Made by a program: the position numbers and the translations under genes
DNA from: an uncultured Verrucomicrobiae bacterium
Lineage (GTDB): Bacteria; Verrucomicrobiota; Verrucomicrobiia; Chthoniobacterales; UBA10450
DNA: 64,000 bases
Direction of reading: 5' to 3'
Assembly: GCA_963756875.1 (NCBI GenBank)
Contig: CAVWPA010000001.1
Coordinates: forward strand, 640,001 to 704,000
The notes under the pieces: model-generated
Told to the model about the DNA's origin: nothing
Databases searched by the model: none
What the model saw: the letters and a program-made list of their open reading frames with translations, nothing else
Shown: positions 9,602 through 17,444 of the stretch, piece after piece
Numbering within the stretch: the first letter of the stretch is position 1
Layout of the letters: the number at the start of each line of letters is the position of its first letter

Positions 9602-9661
9602 GGGGTTTGGGTCCTTTCTGTTTGGTTTGACTCTGCATCTGCATTTACTTCGGTTGTTCGG

Positions 9662-9680
9662 TTACCAGCATCCATGCCAG
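9662..9680 (-). promoter_or_regulatory. Sigma-54-like -24/-12 box for peptide unit 2
   Basis: Minus strand CTGGCATGGATGCTGGTAA (GG-N10-GG). Confidence 0.65.
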
Positions 9681-9721
9681 ATCTTCGTATGTGCGGAAGC
9701 GTTCCTTTGCTTCCTGTTCTC

Positions 9722-9734
9722 AATCAGATACTTG
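9722..9734 (+). promoter_or_regulatory. IHF-like binding site, unit 2
   Basis: AATCAGATACTTG fits WATCAR-N4-TTR; same offset from the -24 box as in unit 1. Confidence 0.55.
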
Positions 9735-9779
9735 CGAACCGAAGATTTCCAGGCCGTGTAGGAACGGAATCGTTAAGCC

Positions 9780-9818
9780 GGTCTAAGTTTTGGTCCACGC
9801 TGGTCGATTATTAGGACG
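9780..9818. promoter_or_regulatory. Tandem dyad enhancer (UAS) candidate, unit 2, overlapping the 3' end of the activator gene
   Basis: GGTCTAAGTTTTGGTCC (9780-9796) and GGTCGATTATTAGGACG (9802-9818), 22-bp period. Confidence 0.55.
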
Positions 9819-10832
9819 CTGGTGGCTCCGTAACTGAGCCGCATTTCGCAGGTGTCTCGCCAGTGTCGCCCGGGAAATGCCGAGCAGCTTCGCCGTGCGC
9901 CTCTGGTTGCGGTTCGTTTGTTCGTACACAAAGTGAACATGCCTTTTGACGGCGCTGGCCAGGGAGAGATCGACCTTGTTCTGATGCGCCAGGGGTGTGT
10001 TTTGAGGCACGTATGGGCTGTGGTTGCCATCTCCTGGCAATCGATCGGGTTCGAGATCGGGAGGGAAGACGACATGCTGTGGAAGAACGACCCGGCCGTC
10101 GCAGAAAAGTGCCATCGTTCGCACCGTGTGATTTAGTTCGCGAAGATTGCCGCGCCAGTCGTGATGAACGAGTTTCTCCATCGCCTCGGGATGAATCGCG
10201 CTGATCGTCTTGCCTTCTTTCGCCGCTGCAGTGGTTAGTTCTCCAGCGATCAAAGCGGGCAATTCTTCGAGACGTTCCCGTAACGGCGGAATGAGCAGCG
10301 TGAGTCCGTTGAGCCGCTGATAGAGGTCTTCGCGAAATTTTCCCTGCCGAACGCGCTCTCGCAAAGAGCAGTTTGATGCGCACAGAATTCGGGCGTTCGA
10401 TTTCAGCATTTGCTCGGAGCCAAGCCGCTCAAATTCGCCGTACTCAAGCACGCGCAGAATCTTAACCTGGGCAAGCGGGCTCATTTCCGAAATCTCATCG
10501 AGGAAAAGAGTCCCTCCGTCGGCAAGTTCAAATTTTCCTTTGACGCTCTGTTGCGCGCCGGTGAACGCCCCTTTCTCGTGCCCAAAAAGCTGGCTTTCGA
10601 GCAGCGTGTCGCTCATGGCCGACGCGTTGAAGGAAATAAACGGCCCGTGCGACCGCGCAGACGAATTATGGATGGCGTGCGCGAGGAGCGTTTTTCCGGT
10701 GCCGGTTTCGCCCAGAAGCACGACTGGCACCTCCGATATTGCGGCGAGTCTCGCCAGGCGCAGACAACGCGCCATTCCCGCGTTGTCGGTCGTGAGATCT
10801 TCGATTTTGAGTCGGTCCAGTGATTCTTGCAT
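9783..10832 (-). CDS. Sigma-54-dependent transcriptional activator (AAA+ and Fis HTH, no N-terminal sensor/receiver)
   Basis: GETGTGKT, ESQLFGHEKGAFTGA, LFLDEI, FREDLYQRL, WRGNLREL, NQRRTAKLLGISRATL. Confidence 0.93.
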   Translation of the reverse strand: MQESLDRLKIEDLTTDNAGMARCLRLARLAAISEVPVVLLGETGTGKTLLAHAIHNSSARSHGPFISFNASAMSDTLLESQLFGHEKGAFTGAQQSVKGKFELADGGTLFLDEISEMSPLAQVKILRVLEYGEFERLGSEQMLKSNARILCASNCSLRERVRQGKFREDLYQRLNGLTLLIPPLRERLEELPALIAGELTTAAAKEGKTISAIHPEAMEKLVHHDWRGNLRELNHTVRTMALFCDGRVVLPQHVVFPPDLEPDRLPGDGNHSPYVPQNTPLAHQNKVDLSLASAVKRHVHFVYEQTNRNQRRTAKLLGISRATLARHLRNAAQLRSHQRPNNRPAWTKT

Positions 10833-10845
10833 GAATGCTGCCGGT

Positions 10846-12033
10846 TTACCGCTTTATGTTTTCGCGCAACTGACGGATTGGCTCGAATGCGTACTCGACC
10901 ATCGTGCGGCTGCCGACGATGATGTGCGCTTCTCCCTTCATTCCAACGCGCAACTTGAGAGATTTGGCGGACCCTCCTGGGATATTCGTCCGATCGAGCG
11001 ATGCCAGGGCGATAAACCGGGAGCCATCGGGCGAAGTGACGGCCGAAGGGCTGATCCAATCCAGCCGGCCATCTACGGCGCCGTAACGCTGGTACGGAAA
11101 CGCATCGAAGAAATAGCGGACCTTTTGTGCAACCGCCAGTTTGGGCAGACCGGTTTCGTTTATGATCATGCGCGCACGCAACTTGGTGTTCTGCTGCGCC
11201 AATTGACATAGCACCTGGCCTTGTTGAACAACGCTCCCAACGGTCCGCTGATCCACCGAGATGACGGCGCCATCATAAGGGCTGCGCACCACGAGCAAAT
11301 TCTGCTGCGCATTTTCCAGGTCCGCCTTGAGAGCGGCTATGCGCACCTTCAGTTTTTCAATTTCGGCCTGGTGCTCGCTGCGCGTGTTCGCATGCTCTGT
11401 ATCCATCCGCTGGCGATCGAGGATGCTTTGCTGAAGCGTTCGCTGTGCGACGCTGAAATCTTTTTCCGCGCCGGCCGCCTCGAGCCGAAGCTTAATGAGA
11501 TCGACGTCCGACATGCCGCCTTCCAGCGCCAGCTTTTCCATTCGTGTGGCAAGATCGCGGCTCGTCTTGGCGTAGTTTTCCCGGAACTTTACTTCACTTT
11601 TCGCTTGTTCGATCTCTTCCAGCTTGATCTTCAGCTGCGCCGCGTAGGCGATTTCGCCTCGCTTCAGGCTTTGTTCTCTGGTGTGCAGATCTTCCGTCAA
11701 GGTCTGCATTTGTGTGTCCCAGCTGCGGATTTCGTCTGACCGCAAAGCAAACAGTTCCGCTCCCTTTTTGACAGTCTGGCCTTCGCGGACTGAGACACGC
11801 GTAATAATACCCTGATGCGGCGATTGAATCGGGTCGGCTCCGGTGGCCGGGACCAAAATGAATGGGCAACGGACTGTCTCTGGCAGGCGCATGACGATTG
11901 CCATCACAAGGGCTAATAGGAATGCCCCCAGCAGGCACCAGCCAGCGGAACGAATGATCCACGCAGGCGGTTCTTGTGGAAGCATTTCCGATTCGGTGTC
12001 GATGGACGCGCGCGATAGGGATGTCGTGCTCAT
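10846..12033 (-). CDS. HlyD-family membrane fusion protein
   Basis: N-terminal TM, IQSPHQGII..VREGQTVKKG, coiled coil, VRSPYDG, FDAFPYQRYG, LRVGM. Confidence 0.92.
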   Translation of the reverse strand: MSTTSLSRASIDTESEMLPQEPPAWIIRSAGWCLLGAFLLALVMAIVMRLPETVRCPFILVPATGADPIQSPHQGIITRVSVREGQTVKKGAELFALRSDEIRSWDTQMQTLTEDLHTREQSLKRGEIAYAAQLKIKLEEIEQAKSEVKFRENYAKTSRDLATRMEKLALEGGMSDVDLIKLRLEAAGAEKDFSVAQRTLQQSILDRQRMDTEHANTRSEHQAEIEKLKVRIAALKADLENAQQNLLVVRSPYDGAVISVDQRTVGSVVQQGQVLCQLAQQNTKLRARMIINETGLPKLAVAQKVRYFFDAFPYQRYGAVDGRLDWISPSAVTSPDGSRFIALASLDRTNIPGGSAKSLKLRVGMKGEAHIIVGSRTMVEYAFEPIRQLRENIKR

Positions 12034-12039
12034 TGTAAC

Positions 12040-15000
12040 TCAGATACCCAACTGTTGACTCGAGAGATAGTAATAGAGGCCCCGCTGTGCCATCAGTTCG
12101 TCGTGCGTTCCTACTTCGGCGACGCTTCCTTTTTCCAGGACGACGATCGCATGCGCTTCGCGGATCGTGCTGAGGCGATGCGCGATCACAATCGTGGTGC
12201 GTCCCGCCATTAATCTTCCAAGATTGTCCTGAATGGCGCGCTCCGATTCCGTGTCCAGGGCGCTCGTTGCTTCGTCAAAAATCAAAACGGGGGGATTATT
12301 GTAAATCGCACGGGCAATCGCGATTCGCTGTTTTTGTCCGCCGGAAAGGGAAAGGCCCGATTCGCCAATTTTCGTTTCGTAACCAAGCGGCAGCCGCATG
12401 ACAAAATCATGTGCCGCAGCGGCCTGGGCTGCGCTCAGGACACGATCGAGATCCGGCTCCGGATCGCCGAATGCGATGTTGCGCGCGATCGTTTCATTAA
12501 ACATGTGGTTTTCCTGCAGGACCATTCCGATATGCCGGCGCACATCGCGATAGTTGAGAGTTTTTAAATCGACGTTGTCGAAGAAGATGGTTCCCTCGGT
12601 CGGCTCGAGCAGTCCGGCAATCAGCTTGATCAGCGTTGTTTTCCCGCAACCGCTCCGACCCACGAACGCCACCATTCTGCCCGGCGCGAGATCGAGGTTT
12701 ACATTCGTCAGAATGTTCGGCGCTTCCGGGCCGCCGTATTTGAAACAAACACCGCGCAATTCGATCCGGCCTTCCAGACTATGCACCGGCGCGAGCTGGG
12801 AGCGGTCGTGCCCTTGCTCCGGCTCCTGCTCGAAAATGTCGTTCAATCGATTGAGCAGCACGGAGGCCAGTTGCAGGCTGTCCCAAACGCCGAGCGTGCG
12901 CAGGATGCCGGAGTAGGCCATTGCCGTCAGCGAGCTAAACGCGACGAACCCGCCGACGCTCAAATGTCCGTGAATGACTTGCGTGGCGCCCACCCAGAGA
13001 AAGATCGCCGTGGAAAGCAAACCAATGCTCTGCAGCACGCTGTCGTAAGACATGACAATAAAGCCCGCTCTGAACATCTGCTTCGAGACCGACAGGAACT
13101 CGTTCAGCATCGCGTCGCGAAACGCGCTTTCGGCCGATGCAGCTTTGACCGCCTCGATCCCTTTAATGGCGTCGATTTGATGCGAACTGTATTTGCCCTG
13201 GCTTTCTTCCACGCCCGCAAACAACGGGCGTAGCACTTTGACGGAGAAAATCATCAGCCCCACGTACAGTGGCGTGGTTGCCAGAAACGCGAGCATCAGC
13301 AGCGGGCTGTAGAGGCCCATCAGGCAAAGCGCGCCGGACAGATAAATGAGAGCCAATAGTGCGCCGATCCCTTGTTGTACCGCGAACTGTCGGACCTGGC
13401 GTGCGCCGTCGAGTCGCCGCTGAATATCGCCTGTGCGCCGGCTTGTAAAATAAGTCATGGGCAGCGAAAGAAGTTTGCGGCTCAGAAAATCAAGCACCGC
13501 CGTATCCAGCCGCACCGCCGCAAAGGCGAGGAGGTACTCCTGCGCGAGCGTGCACAGTTGCACGAATACGATCGCGGCGAGCATTCCGAGCAGGATGATG
13601 TGGAGCAGTCCGATGTCGTTTTCCACGATTACTTTGTCGACGACTATTTGCGTGAAAACGGGGAAAAGAAGTTGCAAAAGGCTAACGGCCACGGCCAGTC
13701 CGAGCACTTGCAACAGGATTACCTTGAATCGCGCGAGGAACGGGAGGATCCACGCCAGCGCCGGCTTGCTCTCCGGCGCAGTTTCAAATGCAGTCGTGTA
13801 GTCAAATAACGCGGTGTATCCGGTCCACTTTGCTTCAAATTCGCGCCGAGGAACTTTGCGCAACCCAAGCGCCGGGTCCGCTACGCGCACGAATTCCGCA
13901 TCGACATCGTAGAGGACGATCCAATGGTTACCTTCCCAGTGAACGATCGCCGGCAACGGCATTGTCGACAGATTGCGCAGTGACACCTTCAGCGCGCGAG
14001 CCGCCAGCCCCAGCTCCGATGCAGCCCGCACGAGCGCCTTCAAACTGGTGCCGTCGGTCGCCGTGTGGCAAAGCTGCCGAATGCGAGCCAGGCTCACTTT
14101 TCTTCCGAAATGACGGCAGATCATGCCCAGGCTCGCCGCGCCGCAATCCATTTCGTCGATTTGTTGAACGTGTTCGATCTTGCGGATGCGCTTCCCGCGT
14201 TTGCGGAAATAGCCCTGCTCGTCCGCGAACGGGTCTTCCCCGTCTTCGGCTTCACCCGGCGGCTGTTCGCCATCGAGCTCGGTTTTGTCAGCCCGTCGCG
14301 TCTCGGCCGGAAGCAATTCCTCCGTAAAATCGAGCGGAATTCGCGCTTCCGTTCTCGCCTGATAAATTGCCAGCCGCTCGCCAAGCAGTTTGTCGAATTC
14401 CGGGAAACGGCCTCGCAATTCCAGAACGGAATTCGGATCGAGCGCGAGCAGTTTGCAGTCCGTAAACGCTTCTACCGACGCTCCTCGCGGCGCGCCGATC
14501 AAGATCGATAATTCGCCAAAAAAATCGCCCTCGCGATAAAAAGCGAGGTTGGTTTCGTGCCCGCTCCCATTGGTAAACGCGCGCGCGCGCCCTTTCTCGA
14601 TCACGTACATCGGGCCGGCAACATCGCCTTCCCGGATGATTAAATGGCCTTTGGAGACCCCGAGAGGCGTCAGCTTGTCGATCATACTGCGTAACGCCGG
14701 CCCTGGAAGCCGTCCGAAATTGCTGAATTGATACAGAAAGCTCTGGACGGCGCGGTTTCGCCCAATCATCTCGATGTAGTGCCGAAGATCGGGAACCTGT
14801 TGGACCAGCTGGAGAAAAGCCTCTCGGTCGATTCGCAAAACTTCCACTGCTGTGCTGCATCGTACCGTCGCTGAGCGCGTGCCGCCCTCCGCCAGCGCCG
14901 CTTCGCCGAAGCTGTCGCCAGGTTTTAGGATCCCGAGCGGAATTTCTTCTCCGTCGGATTTAATTTTAAGCGCGCGGGCGCGTCCGTGCGTCAGGATGTA

Positions 15001-15153
15001 AAACGAATCGGCCGGATCGTCCTGCCTGACAATGATGTCTCCGAAATCGTAGTGTTCTTCCTGCAAAAGCGGTTCCAGCGCGGCAAAATGCTCGTCGGAA
15101 AGAAATCGGAACGCTGAGGACCGCCTGATAATCTCGGTATCGCGCGCACTCAT
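12040..15153 (-). CDS. Peptidase C39-containing ABC transporter (PCAT) with two N-terminal cyclic-nucleotide-binding domains
   Basis: Two CNB motifs (FGEAAL...RSATV; FFGELSI...RGASV); C39 QQIDEMDCGAASL, HWEGNHWIV, VADPA; TMD; GRSGCGKT, LSGGQKQR, DEATSALD, AHRL. Confidence 0.95.
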   Translation of the reverse strand: MSARDTEIIRRSSAFRFLSDEHFAALEPLLQEEHYDFGDIIVRQDDPADSFYILTHGRARALKIKSDGEEIPLGILKPGDSFGEAALAEGGTRSATVRCSTAVEVLRIDREAFLQLVQQVPDLRHYIEMIGRNRAVQSFLYQFSNFGRLPGPALRSMIDKLTPLGVSKGHLIIREGDVAGPMYVIEKGRARAFTNGSGHETNLAFYREGDFFGELSILIGAPRGASVEAFTDCKLLALDPNSVLELRGRFPEFDKLLGERLAIYQARTEARIPLDFTEELLPAETRRADKTELDGEQPPGEAEDGEDPFADEQGYFRKRGKRIRKIEHVQQIDEMDCGAASLGMICRHFGRKVSLARIRQLCHTATDGTSLKALVRAASELGLAARALKVSLRNLSTMPLPAIVHWEGNHWIVLYDVDAEFVRVADPALGLRKVPRREFEAKWTGYTALFDYTTAFETAPESKPALAWILPFLARFKVILLQVLGLAVAVSLLQLLFPVFTQIVVDKVIVENDIGLLHIILLGMLAAIVFVQLCTLAQEYLLAFAAVRLDTAVLDFLSRKLLSLPMTYFTSRRTGDIQRRLDGARQVRQFAVQQGIGALLALIYLSGALCLMGLYSPLLMLAFLATTPLYVGLMIFSVKVLRPLFAGVEESQGKYSSHQIDAIKGIEAVKAASAESAFRDAMLNEFLSVSKQMFRAGFIVMSYDSVLQSIGLLSTAIFLWVGATQVIHGHLSVGGFVAFSSLTAMAYSGILRTLGVWDSLQLASVLLNRLNDIFEQEPEQGHDRSQLAPVHSLEGRIELRGVCFKYGGPEAPNILTNVNLDLAPGRMVAFVGRSGCGKTTLIKLIAGLLEPTEGTIFFDNVDLKTLNYRDVRRHIGMVLQENHMFNETIARNIAFGDPEPDLDRVLSAAQAAAAHDFVMRLPLGYETKIGESGLSLSGGQKQRIAIARAIYNNPPVLIFDEATSALDTESERAIQDNLGRLMAGRTTIVIAHRLSTIREAHAIVVLEKGSVAEVGTHDELMAQRGLYYYLSSQQLGI

Positions 15154-16244
15154 TCAGCGGAGTCTGCGGAAGGCAGACGCGGTTCGATGTATTTCCCCGT
15201 TAGCTCGGAAAAGTGTCGTTCAACCAGCCGTCGATCGATCCGTAGCTGCACCTCCGGATCGTCCGGTTGCGGTTCCACTTTCTTGACGATTCGATAAAGC
15301 TCAAAGCCGTCGCCTCGCGCGACCGGTTCCAGGATGTCGTCCACCGCGACGCTTAGAAATCTCTGCTGCAAATCGGGCGGCACATCCTGGCGCAGGAAAG
15401 AAACGTTGTTGTAAGGGTATCGACCCTCGGCGGCCACTTCCTCCATCGACATCCCGTCTTCGCGAATGCAAAACAAAGCTTCCTTGGCTGCATCGCGCGA
15501 TTCTACCTGAATGACCTCCGCCTCGAATCGCGTAAGCGGCATTCGCATCGTGGCCAGCTCTTTTTGTCGTGCCTGCGGCTCGAGCAACGTTTCTCTCCGG
15601 CGCCGGTACGCAGCTTCCATGGCCAGCGTTTCTTCAAACCACTGCGCGTCACGCCCGAGCCGACTCAACCAATCGGAGAGCTCTGCCTCTGTGATCTTGG
15701 TTCGATCGAGAAATCGTTGCCGCTCGGCGGCGTTTGTCTCCGTATCGACACTTTCGTTCGCTTGTGCCGCCAGGGCCGCCAGATGCCACATCAACTCTGT
15801 CGTCAAAAGATCCAGCTGACCCGACAAAATTAATTCGGCGATGAAAAGTTCGCGCAGTTCAGGCGGCGCTGAAAGGAGATCGATCGCGCCCGGCTCGATG
15901 GCTTCGTTTACGGCGTTGATCCAATACTGCCGCGCGAGATGATCGCCGAGATGGTCAAGATTCAAGCCGCGAACCGCCAGCCATTGTTCGGTTTCCTCCG
16001 CCGTGATCAGGTCGCGCTGGTAACGGAAAGCTTCCGCGTCGCTGTCGATCGCATCTTGATCCAACTCCAATTCAAGCGCGTCTGCCCTCTCCTCCGCTTT
16101 GATCCGACGCAGAAATTCGCTCCAGGTCGGCCCGATCTCGCCGCGAAAGACTGCGGCGTGGATCGCGTCGCGCGCTTTGTCACTCCTGGGGCCGCATGCG
16201 CAGACGACCAGGTCGTCAAGCGAGAGTGATTGGAGATCGCTCAC
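15150..16244 (-). CDS. PpiC/SurA-related (peptidylprolyl isomerase-like) peptide maturation/secretion protein
   Basis: AEAFRYQRDLITAEETEQWLAVRGL motif and C-terminal parvulin-like segment (SMEEVAAE...DVPPDLQQRFLS...ILEPV...GFELYRI); overlaps the transporter start (ATGA). Confidence 0.65.
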   Translation of the reverse strand: MSDLQSLSLDDLVVCACGPRSDKARDAIHAAVFRGEIGPTWSEFLRRIKAEERADALELELDQDAIDSDAEAFRYQRDLITAEETEQWLAVRGLNLDHLGDHLARQYWINAVNEAIEPGAIDLLSAPPELRELFIAELILSGQLDLLTTELMWHLAALAAQANESVDTETNAAERQRFLDRTKITEAELSDWLSRLGRDAQWFEETLAMEAAYRRRRETLLEPQARQKELATMRMPLTRFEAEVIQVESRDAAKEALFCIREDGMSMEEVAAEGRYPYNNVSFLRQDVPPDLQQRFLSVAVDDILEPVARGDGFELYRIVKKVEPQPDDPEVQLRIDRRLVERHFSELTGKYIEPRLPSADSAE

Positions 16245-16397
16245 GAAAGCGACTTTCTAAATTTTTTTGCGCAAAAAGTCGAGCCAATCGTGGCGCCAAT
16301 TTTAGGCCAGTTGTTACTGTCGCATAAACAACTCGACGTGTGACTGTTATGCAAAACCGGTTGACGAGAGGTCGCAGTAGACTGTTCACTTTGAGCC

Positions 16398-17312
16398 ATG
16401 CCGCTGACCGCTTCCCTTCGCCACCTGCTCGCGCTCTCCATTGACTACGCCGGAATGTTTCCGCCGTGCAGTCTGGCCTTGACGCCGGCGCTGGAAAATC
16501 AGGCCATTTACGTGCGGTCAACCGATGCCTGGATGCTTTCCGGGTTCGTCCTGCCGGTGGCGCAGTTTCACGCCGCCGGCAACAGTCTTTCCCGCTTCGA
16601 TTCGGAGCATCCTTTAAAGATCTCCGCGCTGGGGCCCAAGGCCAGTGACGCAACTGATTTTATCAACGCTTTGAAGAGCACAATCGAGACGATTCATTCC
16701 TTCGAGGCGCAACACGGCGATTCTGTTTCGGTCGTTCAACTTGAAATGCCTTTGCCAGCGGAATTTGACGACGTTCTGCTACTCACGGACGCGAGGACGA
16801 TCGTCGGCGGCCTTACGGTTTTTTGGGAGGCCCCCGCAAATACGGCGGAACGCATCATCGCGTTGCTGGCCGAGCACCGATCCGGGAAGGCCCCCTTTGG
16901 TTATAAGCTGCGGACCGGCGGCGTGACCCCAGATGCATTCCCGGCGCCGGCGTCGGTTGCGCGAGCTCTGATGGCCTCTGCGAAACATGAGGTGCCGATC
17001 AAGTTCACCGCCGGTCTGCATCATCCGCTGCGACAATTTCGACATGAAGTGAACACGAAGATGTACGGATTTCTTAATGTACTCGGTGCGGCCGTGCTGG
17101 CAGCCGAGCATCGTTGGAACGAGCAACAGACCCTGGCGATGCTTGAAGACGAGAACGCCGCCTCGTTTGCCTTCGACGACAATTTCTTTGCCTGGCGTGA
17201 ATGGAAGATCGAGAATCGGCAGATCGAAGCGCGCCGGAAATTCGTGAGTTCGTTCGGCAGTTGTAGTTTCGACGAACCGCGCGAAGATTTGCGCGCCTTG
17301 AATTTATTGTAG
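16398..17312 (+). CDS. Conserved hypothetical protein upstream of fumarylacetoacetase
   Basis: IDYAGMFPP, KLRTGG, KFTAGLHHP, GFLNVL, SFGSCSFDEP motifs; 304 aa. Confidence 0.75.
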   Translation: MPLTASLRHLLALSIDYAGMFPPCSLALTPALENQAIYVRSTDAWMLSGFVLPVAQFHAAGNSLSRFDSEHPLKISALGPKASDATDFINALKSTIETIHSFEAQHGDSVSVVQLEMPLPAEFDDVLLLTDARTIVGGLTVFWEAPANTAERIIALLAEHRSGKAPFGYKLRTGGVTPDAFPAPASVARALMASAKHEVPIKFTAGLHHPLRQFRHEVNTKMYGFLNVLGAAVLAAEHRWNEQQTLAMLEDENAASFAFDDNFFAWREWKIENRQIEARRKFVSSFGSCSFDEPREDLRALNLL

Positions 17313-17444
17313 GCGGTCCGTGCCAGACGGCATAGTTGGCGTTTCGCAGAATGGAGCCGGCGGGCGCCGAGCGACATAGACGGGAAGCCTGGAAGGTGAA
17401 GCGAGCTGGCGTGAGCGAATCAAACGCCCTACAATTGCTCCCTG

